A stretch of DNA of 64,000 bases from an uncultured Bacillota bacterium (GCA_947165195.1 CAMUZJ010000001.1:14288-78287); one strand, 5' to 3'; positions 20,990 through 30,751 are shown, counted from the first letter of the stretch. Program-made: numbers and translations. The notes: generated from the letters alone by a model not told the origin.

Positions 20990-21001
20990 ATTTTTTTCCT
21001 C

Positions 21002-22723
21002 CTAATTTATTTCAACAATATCACCAAATAGTTCTATTGCTTTATTATTTATTATATCATCTTTTTTTTGTTCAATAAAGACCTCTTCTGGTTCAACTTT
21101 AACATTCCAAATATTTCCGTTTTTCAAATCGTAAATATACTTATTTTTTATTTCTTCCCATTGACTATCAGATATAATTGCAATCTTTTTATTAGAATTT
21201 GTAATATTATTATAAACTTCTATTATTTTCTTTATATTATTTAAGTTTTGTTTAACTATTGAATCAAATTCATAGCTCATTACAATATTTTCATCGCTAA
21301 CTGCTCTAATTTTTGCATCCAAGATAGAACAACAAATATATCCAATTTCTTGATCAAAGGTATAATCATTAAACATATCTAATTTAGATATTTCATTTAC
21401 CAATAACTGCTTATTTGCTTTTGCTAAAGTATTATTTACACGAACATCCATGATTTCACTAATGTTAGAAACTTCAGAAAAATTATCTACTAAGTTTTCA
21501 GCTTTTTTTGTTTTATAGTCATCATTTTTACCATTATTTTTTTCAACGATCTTTTCTATATAATTTTCTTTAATATCAACAGTTTTCGCAGGATTTTCAT
21601 TGGATTTTATTGGAACAATATCATCCATTTTAAGAGATTTAGATGATGAGTTGTCAATCTTTTCCATTTTCGTTTTCTTAGAATCAACTCCAATATTATT
21701 CATAAACTCAAGTAAAATCATCTCTACATAAACTATAGGATTAGAACTTTTTTTAATATCGAACATTTTTTCGTTTATTAATAAAACTAAACTATGTATA
21801 TCATATAAATCAAAATCTAATTTTTCGTTATCAATATAATGTTTTATAATTAAACTTCTAAGATAACGCATTAGTCTATCTAAAATTGTTATAATATTTT
21901 TACCTAAATCATTATATGTTTTTATTTTTGTTAAAACATTGGCATAATTGCGTTCAAAAATATCGTAATAAAAACTCTTAATCTCTTCTGTCGTTAAAGA
22001 GCCATTTACCTCCGCATAATGTTCTAATGTAATTTGATTTTCGCAATAAGAATTAAGCTGATCAAGAGAACTTAATGCATCACGCATTCCTCCATCACAA
22101 GAAAAAGCAATTTCCTCTAAAACATCTTCATTAATATTTATTTTTTCTTTAACGCAAATTTTTTTTAAATTTATCATTATTTTTTCTGAAGAAATGCGTT
22201 TAAAGGAAAAGCATTGACAACGAGAAATAATAGTCTCAGGAACTTTTTGCGGATCCGTTGTTGCCAATATAAAAATAACATGTTCTGGTGGTTCTTCCAA
22301 TGTTTTTAATAATGCATTAAAGGCACCAATTGAAAGCATATGAACCTCATCAATTATATATACCTTATATTTTAAATCTGCTGGAACTAAAGAAATTTTA
22401 TTTTTTAATTCCCTAATCTCATCTACACCATTATTAGAAGCAGCATCAATTTCAATTATATCGACACATTCCTTTTGGTAAGAATTAAGGCAGTTTTTAC
22501 ACTTACCGCAAGCATTCCCATCAATTGGATCTAAACAATTCAAAGAACGTGCAAATATTTTTGAAACACTTGTTTTACCTGTCCCTCTAGGGCCGAAAAA
22601 CATATACGCATGTCCATATGATGATTTTTTTATAGAATTTCGAAGTGTTTTTACTATTACATCTTGTCCAAAAACATCATCAAAATTTACTGGCCTATAT
22701 TGCCTATATAAAGCTTTATACAT
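21002..22723 (-). CDS. dnaX: DNA polymerase III subunits gamma/tau
   Basis: MYKALYRQYRP start preceded by a GGAGGAG RBS. Walker A GPRGTGKT, the zinc module CGKCKNC and the SRC motif are present. Confidence 0.9.
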   Translation of the reverse strand: MYKALYRQYRPVNFDDVFGQDVIVKTLRNSIKKSSYGHAYMFFGPRGTGKTSVSKIFARSLNCLDPIDGNACGKCKNCLNSYQKECVDIIEIDAASNNGVDEIRELKNKISLVPADLKYKVYIIDEVHMLSIGAFNALLKTLEEPPEHVIFILATTDPQKVPETIISRCQCFSFKRISSEKIMINLKKICVKEKININEDVLEEIAFSCDGGMRDALSSLDQLNSYCENQITLEHYAEVNGSLTTEEIKSFYYDIFERNYANVLTKIKTYNDLGKNIITILDRLMRYLRSLIIKHYIDNEKLDFDLYDIHSLVLLINEKMFDIKKSSNPIVYVEMILLEFMNNIGVDSKKTKMEKIDNSSSKSLKMDDIVPIKSNENPAKTVDIKENYIEKIVEKNNGKNDDYKTKKAENLVDNFSEVSNISEIMDVRVNNTLAKANKQLLVNEISKLDMFNDYTFDQEIGYICCSILDAKIRAVSDENIVMSYEFDSIVKQNLNNIKKIIEVYNNITNSNKKIAIISDSQWEEIKNKYIYDLKNGNIWNVKVEPEEVFIEQKKDDIINNKAIELFGDIVEIN

Positions 22724-22771
22724 ATATATACTCCTCCAAACCAATGATATTATAACATAAAAAAAAAGATT

Positions 22772-23227
22772 TTACTTATTCCTAGTAGAAATAAAAAAAT
22801 CTTTTAAAATCTCTCTTCCTTGCTCTATGTATAAATCATTATACAAATTAACTTGTGAATTAGATTTATCTACTTTTAATATATTTAAAATATTATTGTG
22901 GATTTTTTTATCATCATTAGATAATGCAGAAAAAATATTACCTATTCGTGCTTGTTTTATTGCTGCTGCACACATTTCACATGGTTCAAGCGTTACGTAC
23001 ATATCACAGTCAATTAATCTCCAATTTCCTAATTTTTTAGATGCTTTCATTATTGCTATCAATTCTGCGTGATATAAGGAACATTTATTTTTTTCCTTTA
23101 AATTATGAGCCTTAGCAATTATTTTTCCATCTTTTACAATAACTGCACCGACAGGTATCTCACCTTTTTTTTTTGCTTTTGTTGCCTCTTCAAACGCCTT
23201 ATCAAAGAATTTTTTTCTTTCATCCAT
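22772..23227 (-). CDS. tadA: tRNA-specific adenosine deaminase
   Basis: HAELIAI and PCEMCAAAI zinc-binding deaminase motifs. The likely start is the internal MDERKKFF, since the upstream extension in the ORF track is probably not translated. Confidence 0.85.
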   Translation of the reverse strand: MDERKKFFDKAFEEATKAKKKGEIPVGAVIVKDGKIIAKAHNLKEKNKCSLYHAELIAIMKASKKLGNWRLIDCDMYVTLEPCEMCAAAIKQARIGNIFSALSNDDKKIHNNILNILKVDKSNSQVNLYNDLYIEQGREILKDFFISTRNK

Positions 23228-23422
23228 ATTACCAACATCCCCAAAAATAAAAAAGTGCACATGGGAGGAGGACTTTAAGGCTGCTATCTTCCGATCCTGA
23301 CCTGATTCAATCACTCCCATTGCACAAGTACATTCTATAATATAAATAAACTTTTGTAAATATTTTTTTGATATTTATATATCTTTATTTTGCAATAAAT
23401 AATTATATATATTTTTTAAGCT

Positions 23423-23614
23423 ATGTTTCACGTGGAACATTAAATAAATTAAATTAAATTAATAATGTTTCACGTGGAACATATTAAAGTAATTGCAAAA
23501 TATTTCCCGGGAAATAATTAGTGTTGATAAAAATATATAATTAATAAAACTATTAAATTTTTTGCTTATTGTGGAAATTTACATTAAAATTAAATAAATT
23601 ATTTCCCGGGAAAT
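23423..23614. promoter_or_regulatory. Cluster of two palindrome types in the tadA-gyrA spacer: ATGTTTCACGTGGAACAT (x2) and ATTTCCCGGGAAAT (x2)
   Basis: Exact 18-nt copies at 23423-23440 and 23465-23482. Exact 14-nt perfect palindromes at 23502-23515 and 23601-23614. These are GC-rich islands in AT-rich DNA. Confidence 0.5.
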
Positions 23615-23640
23615 AATTTATTTAATAAAAAAGCAACTCT

Positions 23641-23664
23641 AAATAAATAAATAAATAAATAAAT
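23641..23664. repeat. (AAAT)6 tetranucleotide microsatellite
   Basis: Six perfect tandem AAAT units read directly from the sequence. Confidence 0.9.
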
Positions 23665-24413
23665 AACGCGATTGCTAAATATTTTTTAATTGTGTATGGT
23701 GCAAAAGTGGAAAAAATAAATACTCTTTTGCGTTTTAATATATTCCTTATTTAAAATGCATATTTCTATAAAATAGTAAATTTTAATTTATGATTGCGTA
23801 ACGCAAAAAGTATACAAAAATACTGATTTTTTTAGTTATATCTATTGCGTTAATGATGAAATTTGATATATTAATGGTTAATAACGCAATACATTTTTTA
23901 GACTTCATATTTACGTTGATATATCTACATTTTGAAACGCAATTATATTTTTTTAAAAAAATAAAAACTACCAGTTTAGCTAGTAGTTTTATTGTAGCTT
24001 ATAAGCCTTATAGCTGACAATAATATATTGTACTCCGAAAATCTATCACATGCATTACTTACAAAATAGCTATATTGTTAATTATTTGACTTATAAATGG
24101 AGCCACGTACTTTTTACTACTCAATTCATCTTATGATTTATGTTCTTTTAGTTGATTTGCAATATAATCTTAATTTGTTTTTATATTTTTTCCTACTGAA
24201 GCAACATAATATTCTCTGCTCTACAACAAAATTAACGTTGTCCATATTGATAGTTCATTTGTGCTTGTCAATGAAATATCAATAAAATTAATTTTTATCT
24301 AAATATCCTATTATTCCTGCCACACTATCCTTAGGTGGTATTCTTATTAACATATAGGCATAAGTGTAAAGCTAAAGCTATTTTGCCCCTCAGTATAACT
24401 GGAGGTTTTCGTT

Positions 24414-24441
24414 ATACAAAAAAATAGGACCTACATCCTAT
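24414..24441 (-). terminator. gyrA rho-independent terminator
   Basis: An ATAGGA-cctaca-TCCTAT hairpin overlapping the gyrA stop, followed on the minus strand by an 8-nt U-tract. Confidence 0.6.
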
Positions 24442-26975
24442 TCTTCTTCAGAAGTATCATTCTCTGAACTTTCATTAACTAAGGCTATTGATGATACAAT
24501 TTGATCATCCTTTAAATTTATTAATCTTAATCCCTGAGTTGCTCTTTTTAACACAGATACTTGAGCAAGTGGCATTTTCATTACAATACCAGTATTAGTA
24601 ATAATCATAAGATTAAATTTATCTATAGATTCTACTCTTTTTAAAGATGCCATTAATCCATTTTTATCAGTAACATTATATGCCTTTACACCTTTACTAC
24701 CTCTATGAGTTAATCTGTACTCATCTATAGATGAAATCTTACCATATCCCTTTTCAGTAACAATTAATATTAAGTCATTTTCTAGTGTAACATCAGCACC
24801 AACAACTTTGCTTCCCTCTAAATCCATTCCTTTTACACCAGCAGCAGATCTTCCCATAACTCTAACTTCATTTTCGTCAAATCTTACCATTTTTCCGTTA
24901 TTAGCACCTATAACAACTACACTATTTCCATTTGTTTTTCTAACACTAATCAATTCATCATTTTCTTTCAAGGATATAGCAATTTTTCCAGTTTTACGAA
25001 TATTATCAAATTCTTCAATTGAAGTTCTTTTAACTAGCCCATCTTTTGTAATAAAAACTAAATATTTTACTTCCTCTTCAGAATTAATTTTTAAAACCGA
25101 ACTAATGTTCTCTTCTTTCTCTATTGGTAATAAATTAATAATTGGTAATCCTTTTGATTGTCTAGAAAATTCTGGAATTTCATATCCTTTTATTCTATAA
25201 ACTTTACCAGTATTAGAGAAGAACATTACGTAATCATGAGTTTTTAAAGATAACATATGTTCTACAACATCTTCTTCATTCGTAGTCATACCTTTTATAC
25301 CTACTCCACCTCTATTTTGAGTTTTATAAGTATCCATTCTTAACCTCTTGATATAACCATTTTTTGTTAATGTAACAATAACATCTTCATTTGGTATTAA
25401 AGATTCATCTTCAATATAATCAATTGCTGTCATATCAATAGAAGTTCTTCTTTCGTCACCATATTTATTCTTTATTTCTAATAATTCAGTCTTAATAATT
25501 TCTAATACACGATTTTCATCTGCTAAAATAGCTTTTAAATCCTCTATTAAATTCAATAAATCTTTTAATTCATTTTCTATTTTTTCTCGCTCTAATCCAG
25601 TTAAACGACGTAATTTTAATTCTAGGATACTATCAGCTTGTATTTCAGTAAAATTAAATTTTGATATTAATTTTTCTTTAGCTTCAACATCTGTTTCAGC
25701 ATTTCTAATAATTGATATTACTTCATCAAGATTATCTAAAGCTTTTTTATATCCTTCTAAAATGTGAACTCTTTCTTCTGCTTTATTTAAATCAAAGCGA
25801 GTCCTTCTAATAATAATTTCTTTTTGATGATCAATATATTTAGCAATTATATCTTTCAAGCCCAAGGTTTTAGGAGTTCCCATATCAATAACTAAAAAAA
25901 TTATTCCATAACTAATTTGAAAATTAGTATGTTTATACAAATTATTTAAAACAACTTGCGGATTGGCTTCTTTCTTTAATGTTATCGTTATTTTTACTCC
26001 ATCTTTTAAATCAGTGTGATAGTCTGAGATACCATCAATTACTTTATTATGTACAAGTTCAGCAACCTTATTTTTTAAGTCCATAGTATTGACACCATAA
26101 GGAACCTCTGTAATTATTATTTGAGAATGATTACCAGATTCCTCAATTTGAGCTCTACTCCTAATAGTAATGCTTCCTCTACCGGTTTCATAAGCTTGTC
26201 TAATACCAGAATTTCCAAGTATGATGCCGCCAGTAGGAAAATCAGGACCTTTAATATAATTCATTAGTCCAGCAACATCAATATCTGGATTATCAATATA
26301 AGCTACACATCCATCAATGACTTCTCCCAAATTATGTGGAGGTATATTAGTAGCCATACCTACTGCAATTCCCATAGATCCATTTATCAAAACATTAGGA
26401 ATTCTTGATGGCAAAACCGTAGGCTCAGGACTTGTTTCATCAAAGTTTGGCATCATATCAACTGTATTTTTTCTTATATCCCTAAGCATTTCTAATGAGA
26501 TTTTGGATAATCTTGCTTCAGTATAACGATAAGCAGCTGCTCCATCTCCTTCAATATTACCAAAATTTCCATGCCCATCAACCATCATATATCTTTGATT
26601 AAAATCCTGTGCTAGTCTAACCATTGCTTCATATATTGAGCTATCACCATGTGGATGATAATGCCCCATAACATAACCAACTGTAGTTGCACTTTTCTTA
26701 TGTGGCTTATCAGGTGTATTTCCCTCTTCAAACATAGACCACAAAATTCGTCTGTGAACAGGTTTCAACCCATCTCTTAAATCCGGAATTGCACGTGAAG
26801 TAATAACACTCATAGAATAAGCAAGAAACGAATCACTAATTTCAGTTACAATATCATTAACATCATGTGTATCTCGTTCATGAAATTGTTGACCAAAATC
26901 ATTTTTTTTATTTAAATTTACATCTTCCAAATTTTCATTAACATTTTTTACATCTTCATTGTTCATTAATTTCAC
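24438..26975 (-). CDS. gyrA: DNA gyrase subunit A
   Basis: 845 aa with the active-site region AAMRYTEARL, a QRDR-like segment, C-terminal beta-pinwheel repeats and an acidic tail. Confidence 0.95.
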   Translation of the reverse strand: MKLMNNEDVKNVNENLEDVNLNKKNDFGQQFHERDTHDVNDIVTEISDSFLAYSMSVITSRAIPDLRDGLKPVHRRILWSMFEEGNTPDKPHKKSATTVGYVMGHYHPHGDSSIYEAMVRLAQDFNQRYMMVDGHGNFGNIEGDGAAAYRYTEARLSKISLEMLRDIRKNTVDMMPNFDETSPEPTVLPSRIPNVLINGSMGIAVGMATNIPPHNLGEVIDGCVAYIDNPDIDVAGLMNYIKGPDFPTGGIILGNSGIRQAYETGRGSITIRSRAQIEESGNHSQIIITEVPYGVNTMDLKNKVAELVHNKVIDGISDYHTDLKDGVKITITLKKEANPQVVLNNLYKHTNFQISYGIIFLVIDMGTPKTLGLKDIIAKYIDHQKEIIIRRTRFDLNKAEERVHILEGYKKALDNLDEVISIIRNAETDVEAKEKLISKFNFTEIQADSILELKLRRLTGLEREKIENELKDLLNLIEDLKAILADENRVLEIIKTELLEIKNKYGDERRTSIDMTAIDYIEDESLIPNEDVIVTLTKNGYIKRLRMDTYKTQNRGGVGIKGMTTNEEDVVEHMLSLKTHDYVMFFSNTGKVYRIKGYEIPEFSRQSKGLPIINLLPIEKEENISSVLKINSEEEVKYLVFITKDGLVKRTSIEEFDNIRKTGKIAISLKENDELISVRKTNGNSVVVIGANNGKMVRFDENEVRVMGRSAAGVKGMDLEGSKVVGADVTLENDLILIVTEKGYGKISSIDEYRLTHRGSKGVKAYNVTDKNGLMASLKRVESIDKFNLMIITNTGIVMKMPLAQVSVLKRATQGLRLINLKDDQIVSSIALVNESSENDTSEEE

Positions 26976-26978
26976 CCC

Positions 26979-28913
26979 CTAAATATCTAAATTTTTAACA
27001 AATCTAGCATTTTCCTCAATAAACCTTCTCCGTGGTTCAACTTCTTCACCCATCAATTTACTAAACATAGCATCAGCTTGCATACAATCATTCACAGTTA
27101 TTTTTCTAAGTACTCTTTTTTCAATATCCATAGTAGTTTCATTTAGTTCTTCTGCATCCATTTCCCCAAGACCTTTCATTCTTGCTATTTCCGCTCTTTG
27201 ACGAACATTCTCAGGTAATGATAGTAAATAAGCCTCTTTTTCTTCCTCATCAAGAACATATTTTCTTGTTTTTCCATGCATTATTCTAAATAATGGTGGT
27301 TGAGCAGCATATACATGTCCTGCTTCAACAATTGGTTTAAAGAAACGATAAAACAATGTTAAAAGAAGTACTCTAATATGGGAACCATCTACATCAGCAT
27401 CAGTCATTATAATGATTTTATCATATCTTAATTTATCCAAATTAAATTCATCACCAATACCAGTACCAAAAGCGGTAATAATAGTCCTTATTTCCTCATT
27501 TCCAAGTGCTCTATCTAATCTATTCTTCTCAACATTTAAAATCTTACCTCTTAATGGTAAAATCGCTTGAGTCATAGAATCTCTACCTTTTTTAGCAGAA
27601 CCACCAGCTGAATCTCCCTCGACTATAAATATTTCAGATACTTTTGGATCTTTGCTCTTACAATCTGATAACTTTCCAAAAAAGTTAGTCATAGCTAAAT
27701 CACTTTTTCTAGTAATTTCTCTTGCCTTTTTAGCAGCATTTCTAGCTCTACAAGCAAGAAGTGCTTTTTCAATAATTATTCTTGCCTCATCTGGATTTTC
27801 CAACAAAAATTTCTCGAATCCTTGAGAAAAAACATTATCAGCTAACTTTCTAACTTCTGAATTTCCTAATCTTCCTTTTGTTTGACCTTCAAATTGAGGA
27901 TTAGGATGTTTACAAGATACAATCATTGTTAATCCTTCTTTAACATCATCACCAGTTAAAGATTCATCTTTTTCTTTTAATATATTATTCTTTCTAGCAT
28001 AATTATTAATTACTCTAGTTAAAGCACGTCTTACTCCTTCTTCATGTGTACCACCATCATGTGTATTTATATTATTAACAAATGAATAAATATTATCATT
28101 AAATCCAGTATTATATTGTAGAGCTACCTCAAACATTACATCATTTTCTGTTCCTTCTAAATGAATTACATCTTCATGAATAGGAGTTTTTCCTTGATTT
28201 ATAAATTTAACATATTCACTAATACCACCTTCATATAAAAAAGTTTCTCCAGTAGTATCTTCTAAATCTCTATCATCCCTTAAAGTAAGTCTTAATCCCC
28301 TATTTAAGAAAGCTAATTCTCTCACTCTAACCATCAAAGTATTATAATCAAATATATCCGTATCAAATATATCAGGATCTGGTTTAAAAGTGACATAAGT
28401 ACCTGTTCTATTATCTTCACAAGTATCTATAACATGAAGCGGTTCTACAGTATGTCCACCATTTTCAAATCTTATAAAATTGACTTTTCCATTTTTATAT
28501 ACTTTTACTTCTACCCATTTAGATAATGCATTAACGACACTTGCTCCTACTCCGTGAAGTCCTCCAGATACTTTATATCCTCCTCCTCCAAATTTTCCTC
28601 CTGCATGAAGTACTGTATAAACAGTTTCTACAGTGCTTTTTCCAGTTTTTGGATGGATATCAACAGGAATTCCTCTACCATCATCTTTCACAGTAATACT
28701 ATTATCCTTATTAATAATAATTTCAATATTCTTACAAAATCCGGCAAGTGCTTCATCAATAGAGTTATCAACAATTTCCCAAACTAAATGATGGAGTCCT
28801 TTCACATCTGTTGTACCAATATACATTCCTGGTCTTTTTCTTACAGCTTCTAATCCTTCTAATACTTGTATTGCAGAAGAATCATAATTGTTTTGAACCT
28901 TTTCTTCATTCAT
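26979..28913 (-). CDS. gyrB: DNA gyrase subunit B
   Basis: GHKL ATPase motifs, the Toprim EGDSAGG motif and the [10 protein letters not shown] motif. Confidence 0.95.
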   Translation of the reverse strand: MNEEKVQNNYDSSAIQVLEGLEAVRKRPGMYIGTTDVKGLHHLVWEIVDNSIDEALAGFCKNIEIIINKDNSITVKDDGRGIPVDIHPKTGKSTVETVYTVLHAGGKFGGGGYKVSGGLHGVGASVVNALSKWVEVKVYKNGKVNFIRFENGGHTVEPLHVIDTCEDNRTGTYVTFKPDPDIFDTDIFDYNTLMVRVRELAFLNRGLRLTLRDDRDLEDTTGETFLYEGGISEYVKFINQGKTPIHEDVIHLEGTENDVMFEVALQYNTGFNDNIYSFVNNINTHDGGTHEEGVRRALTRVINNYARKNNILKEKDESLTGDDVKEGLTMIVSCKHPNPQFEGQTKGRLGNSEVRKLADNVFSQGFEKFLLENPDEARIIIEKALLACRARNAAKKAREITRKSDLAMTNFFGKLSDCKSKDPKVSEIFIVEGDSAGGSAKKGRDSMTQAILPLRGKILNVEKNRLDRALGNEEIRTIITAFGTGIGDEFNLDKLRYDKIIIMTDADVDGSHIRVLLLTLFYRFFKPIVEAGHVYAAQPPLFRIMHGKTRKYVLDEEEKEAYLLSLPENVRQRAEIARMKGLGEMDAEELNETTMDIEKRVLRKITVNDCMQADAMFSKLMGEEVEPRRRFIEENARFVKNLDI

Positions 28914-28922
28914 ATGACATAC

Positions 28923-30035
28923 CTACTTTCTCTTTATTTTTGCATTTTTAACTTCATAAATGAATGCATCTTCTAAATTCTTTCTACTGATATTTTTCAA
29001 ATCCGTAGTTGTTATAATACTTTGTATACTGAATTCATTAACCAATTTTAAAATTTTATTTCTTTTTTTTATATCTAATTCACTAAAGATATCATCTAAT
29101 AGTAAAACAGGATAGAATCCGGAATACTCTTTAAATATAGGAATTTCTGATAATTTAAAACATAGGATAGCTATCTTTTGTTGACCTTGTGAACCATATA
29201 TTTTTAAGTCGCTACCTTTATAATGAAATAATAAATCATCTCTATGTGGACCGTACATTGTCATTCCATATTGCAATTCTCTACTATAATTTTTATTAAG
29301 TTTTTCTCTAAGTTTTTTTCTAATCTCTTCTTCTTCATAAGATTCAATATCAATATTATTTAAATATTTTACATTTAATCCACTATCATTAAAAATATAT
29401 TGGAAATTTTTATCAATACTATTATTAATTTTATCCACATATTCTTTTCTTTTTTTATAAATTATAATAGCTTTTTCTATTAACTTATCGGTAAGAATGT
29501 CCAAATAATTTTTATCAGCAATACTATTATTAAATAAAACTTTTAAGTATTCATTTCTAGTTTTCAAGATTTTATTATATTCATTATATGTATTTAAATA
29601 AGATTTAGATATTTGAGATAATTGCATATTCAGTAAATTTCTTCTAATGTTTGGTGATCCTTTTACTATTTCTAAATCATCTGGAGTAAATACAATAACA
29701 TTTAAATTAGAGATATAATCAGCAACTTTATTAACATTATTGGAATTAACAAATAATTTCTTCTCTAAATTAGAAAGATGAACTTCTAATTTAGAAACAA
29801 CTTTATTTTTTTTAACTACTCCTTGAATTTTACATTTATTTTTATTAAACATAATAATATTAGGACTATTCAATACTCTATGAGATTTTGTTAAAGATAA
29901 GATGATAATAGATTCTAAGAGATTTGTTTTTCCCTGAGCATTATCCCCTAAAAATATATTCATTCTATCATTTAATAAAATGGAAGCACTTGAATAATTT
30001 CTAAAGTTAGTAAGATTTAAACGTGTAAGCTTCAT
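28923..30035 (-). CDS. recF: DNA replication and repair protein RecF
   Basis: Walker A GDNAQGKTNLLE, an SMC-like ABC ATPase signature and a Walker B LLLDDIFSELD motif. Confidence 0.9.
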   Translation of the reverse strand: MKLTRLNLTNFRNYSSASILLNDRMNIFLGDNAQGKTNLLESIIILSLTKSHRVLNSPNIIMFNKNKCKIQGVVKKNKVVSKLEVHLSNLEKKLFVNSNNVNKVADYISNLNVIVFTPDDLEIVKGSPNIRRNLLNMQLSQISKSYLNTYNEYNKILKTRNEYLKVLFNNSIADKNYLDILTDKLIEKAIIIYKKRKEYVDKINNSIDKNFQYIFNDSGLNVKYLNNIDIESYEEEEIRKKLREKLNKNYSRELQYGMTMYGPHRDDLLFHYKGSDLKIYGSQGQQKIAILCFKLSEIPIFKEYSGFYPVLLLDDIFSELDIKKRNKILKLVNEFSIQSIITTTDLKNISRKNLEDAFIYEVKNAKIKRK

Positions 30036-30133
30036 TTAAAATCGTTAAAAAGTAACATATAATCACCTATCCCCTAAACCAGTATTCCTATACATACAAG
30101 ACTTATTATATCATAAAAAGCCTTTTAAAGCAC

Positions 30134-30162
30134 TAAAAAAATAGCTCTTACAGCTATTTTTT
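30134..30162 (-). terminator. Terminator of the comK-like gene (potentially bidirectional)
   Basis: An ATAGCT-cttac-AGCTAT hairpin flanked by an A-run and a T-run. Confidence 0.55.
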
Positions 30163-30166
30163 ACAA

Positions 30167-30616
30167 TTATAAACCTTTTTTTCTAGAACGCATTACAAAA
30201 TCAAGTCTAGAAGCTCTAGATATTTGATTTTCAATACTGCGATAAGAACTAGGAACTATTATTTCTTTACCATTGTTAAAAATTACTTTAGTGTTATTAG
30301 CATCAACCTTTTCATATGATTTTAAATGTTTTAATGAAATCCAAACACAATCAGCAGATAATGGCGAAGTTGTAGGAAAAACAATTAAATTATCTGTATC
30401 ATCAACTATAATTGGTACTTTATATTCTGCACCTAAAACATTTTTAGCACCTTCTTTTCTTCCTTTATAACTGCTACCAAAATATAAGCAACTTGCTTCC
30501 ATTATTTCAAATGGAGTTTGGTCAACTACATATCTTTCAGTATCTTCATATACTAAACTTGTGTTTTTCTCATTTGGTAAAACCGCTAATGTTCCTTTAC
30601 TTATTTCATACTTCAT
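30167..30616 (-). CDS. comK: ComK-family competence transcription factor homolog (short, 149 aa)
   Basis: Multiple conserved blocks against B. subtilis ComK: TLAVLPNE vs TIAVLPEE; CLYFGSSYKGRKEGA vs CRFFGSSYAGRKAGT; PIIVDDTDNLIVFPTTSPLSADCVWISLKHL vs PIMVDPSNQIFLFPTLSSTRPQCGWISHVHV; and NGKEIIVPSSYRSIENQISRASRL vs NGKTMELPISYNSFENQVYRTAWL. Confidence 0.7.
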   Translation of the reverse strand: MKYEISKGTLAVLPNEKNTSLVYEDTERYVVDQTPFEIMEASCLYFGSSYKGRKEGAKNVLGAEYKVPIIVDDTDNLIVFPTTSPLSADCVWISLKHLKSYEKVDANNTKVIFNNGKEIIVPSSYRSIENQISRASRLDFVMRSRKKGL

Positions 30617-30649
30617 ATTAAATCCCCCTCTGAAAACAATTAAATTGCT

Positions 30650-30703
30650 TTCGACAACAGGATAACAAGCTAAATTGTCGAAAAAAGTTGAAGATTGTCG
30701 AAT
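30650..30703. promoter_or_regulatory. Three perfect Spo0A-box (TGTCGAA) motifs in the comK-like promoter region
   Basis: TTCGACA at 30650-30656 (reverse orientation) and TGTCGAA at 30677-30683 and 30697-30703, all within 90 bp upstream of the comK-like start codon. Confidence 0.5.
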
Positions 30704-30714
30704 AATGGTAAAAA

Positions 30715-30745
30715 AACAAAAAAACTCTTATAAAAGAGCCTTTTT
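30715..30745 (-). terminator. dnaN rho-independent terminator
   Basis: A GGCTCTT-ttat-AAGAG hairpin followed on the minus strand by a long U-tract immediately after the dnaN stop. Confidence 0.6.
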
Positions 30746-30751
30746 ATTGTA

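Noticed and set aside
22772-23320. N-terminal extensions proposed by the ORF track for tadA, tatD, dnaX, mnmG, PBP1A, rpsF, spoIIR, DUF1934 and the 55068 membrane protein
   Set aside because: In each case an internal ATG is preceded at 5-10 nt by a strong GGAGG-type RBS and matches the conserved family N-terminus. The upstream extensions start at TTG/GTG or lack an RBS, so the shorter coordinates were used.
23641-23664. Possible CRISPR array or other interspersed repeat in the 23.3-24.4 kb spacer
   Set aside because: The repeats are short palindromes (14-18 nt), each present only twice with irregular spacing, plus a simple (AAAT)6 microsatellite. There is no array of direct repeats of 24-48 nt with unique spacers of similar length, and no cas genes in the window.
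24097-24285. 62 aa plus-strand ORF inside the tadA-gyrA spacer
   Set aside because: There is no Shine-Dalgarno sequence; the ATG is embedded in ...ttataaATGGAGcc with nothing purine-rich upstream. It is hydrophobic and low-complexity in AT-rich DNA and is most likely a chance ORF. Any transcript here more likely acts as RNA.
23228-24437. SRP RNA (scr), tmRNA, RNase P RNA, tRNA or rRNA in the long spacer
   Set aside because: I found none of the following on either strand: the SRP domain IV motif (GGAAGCAGCC / AGGGCAGG), tRNA T-loop GGTTCGAATCC-like motifs, or GC-rich rRNA-like segments. The region is uniformly AT-rich apart from the short palindromes.
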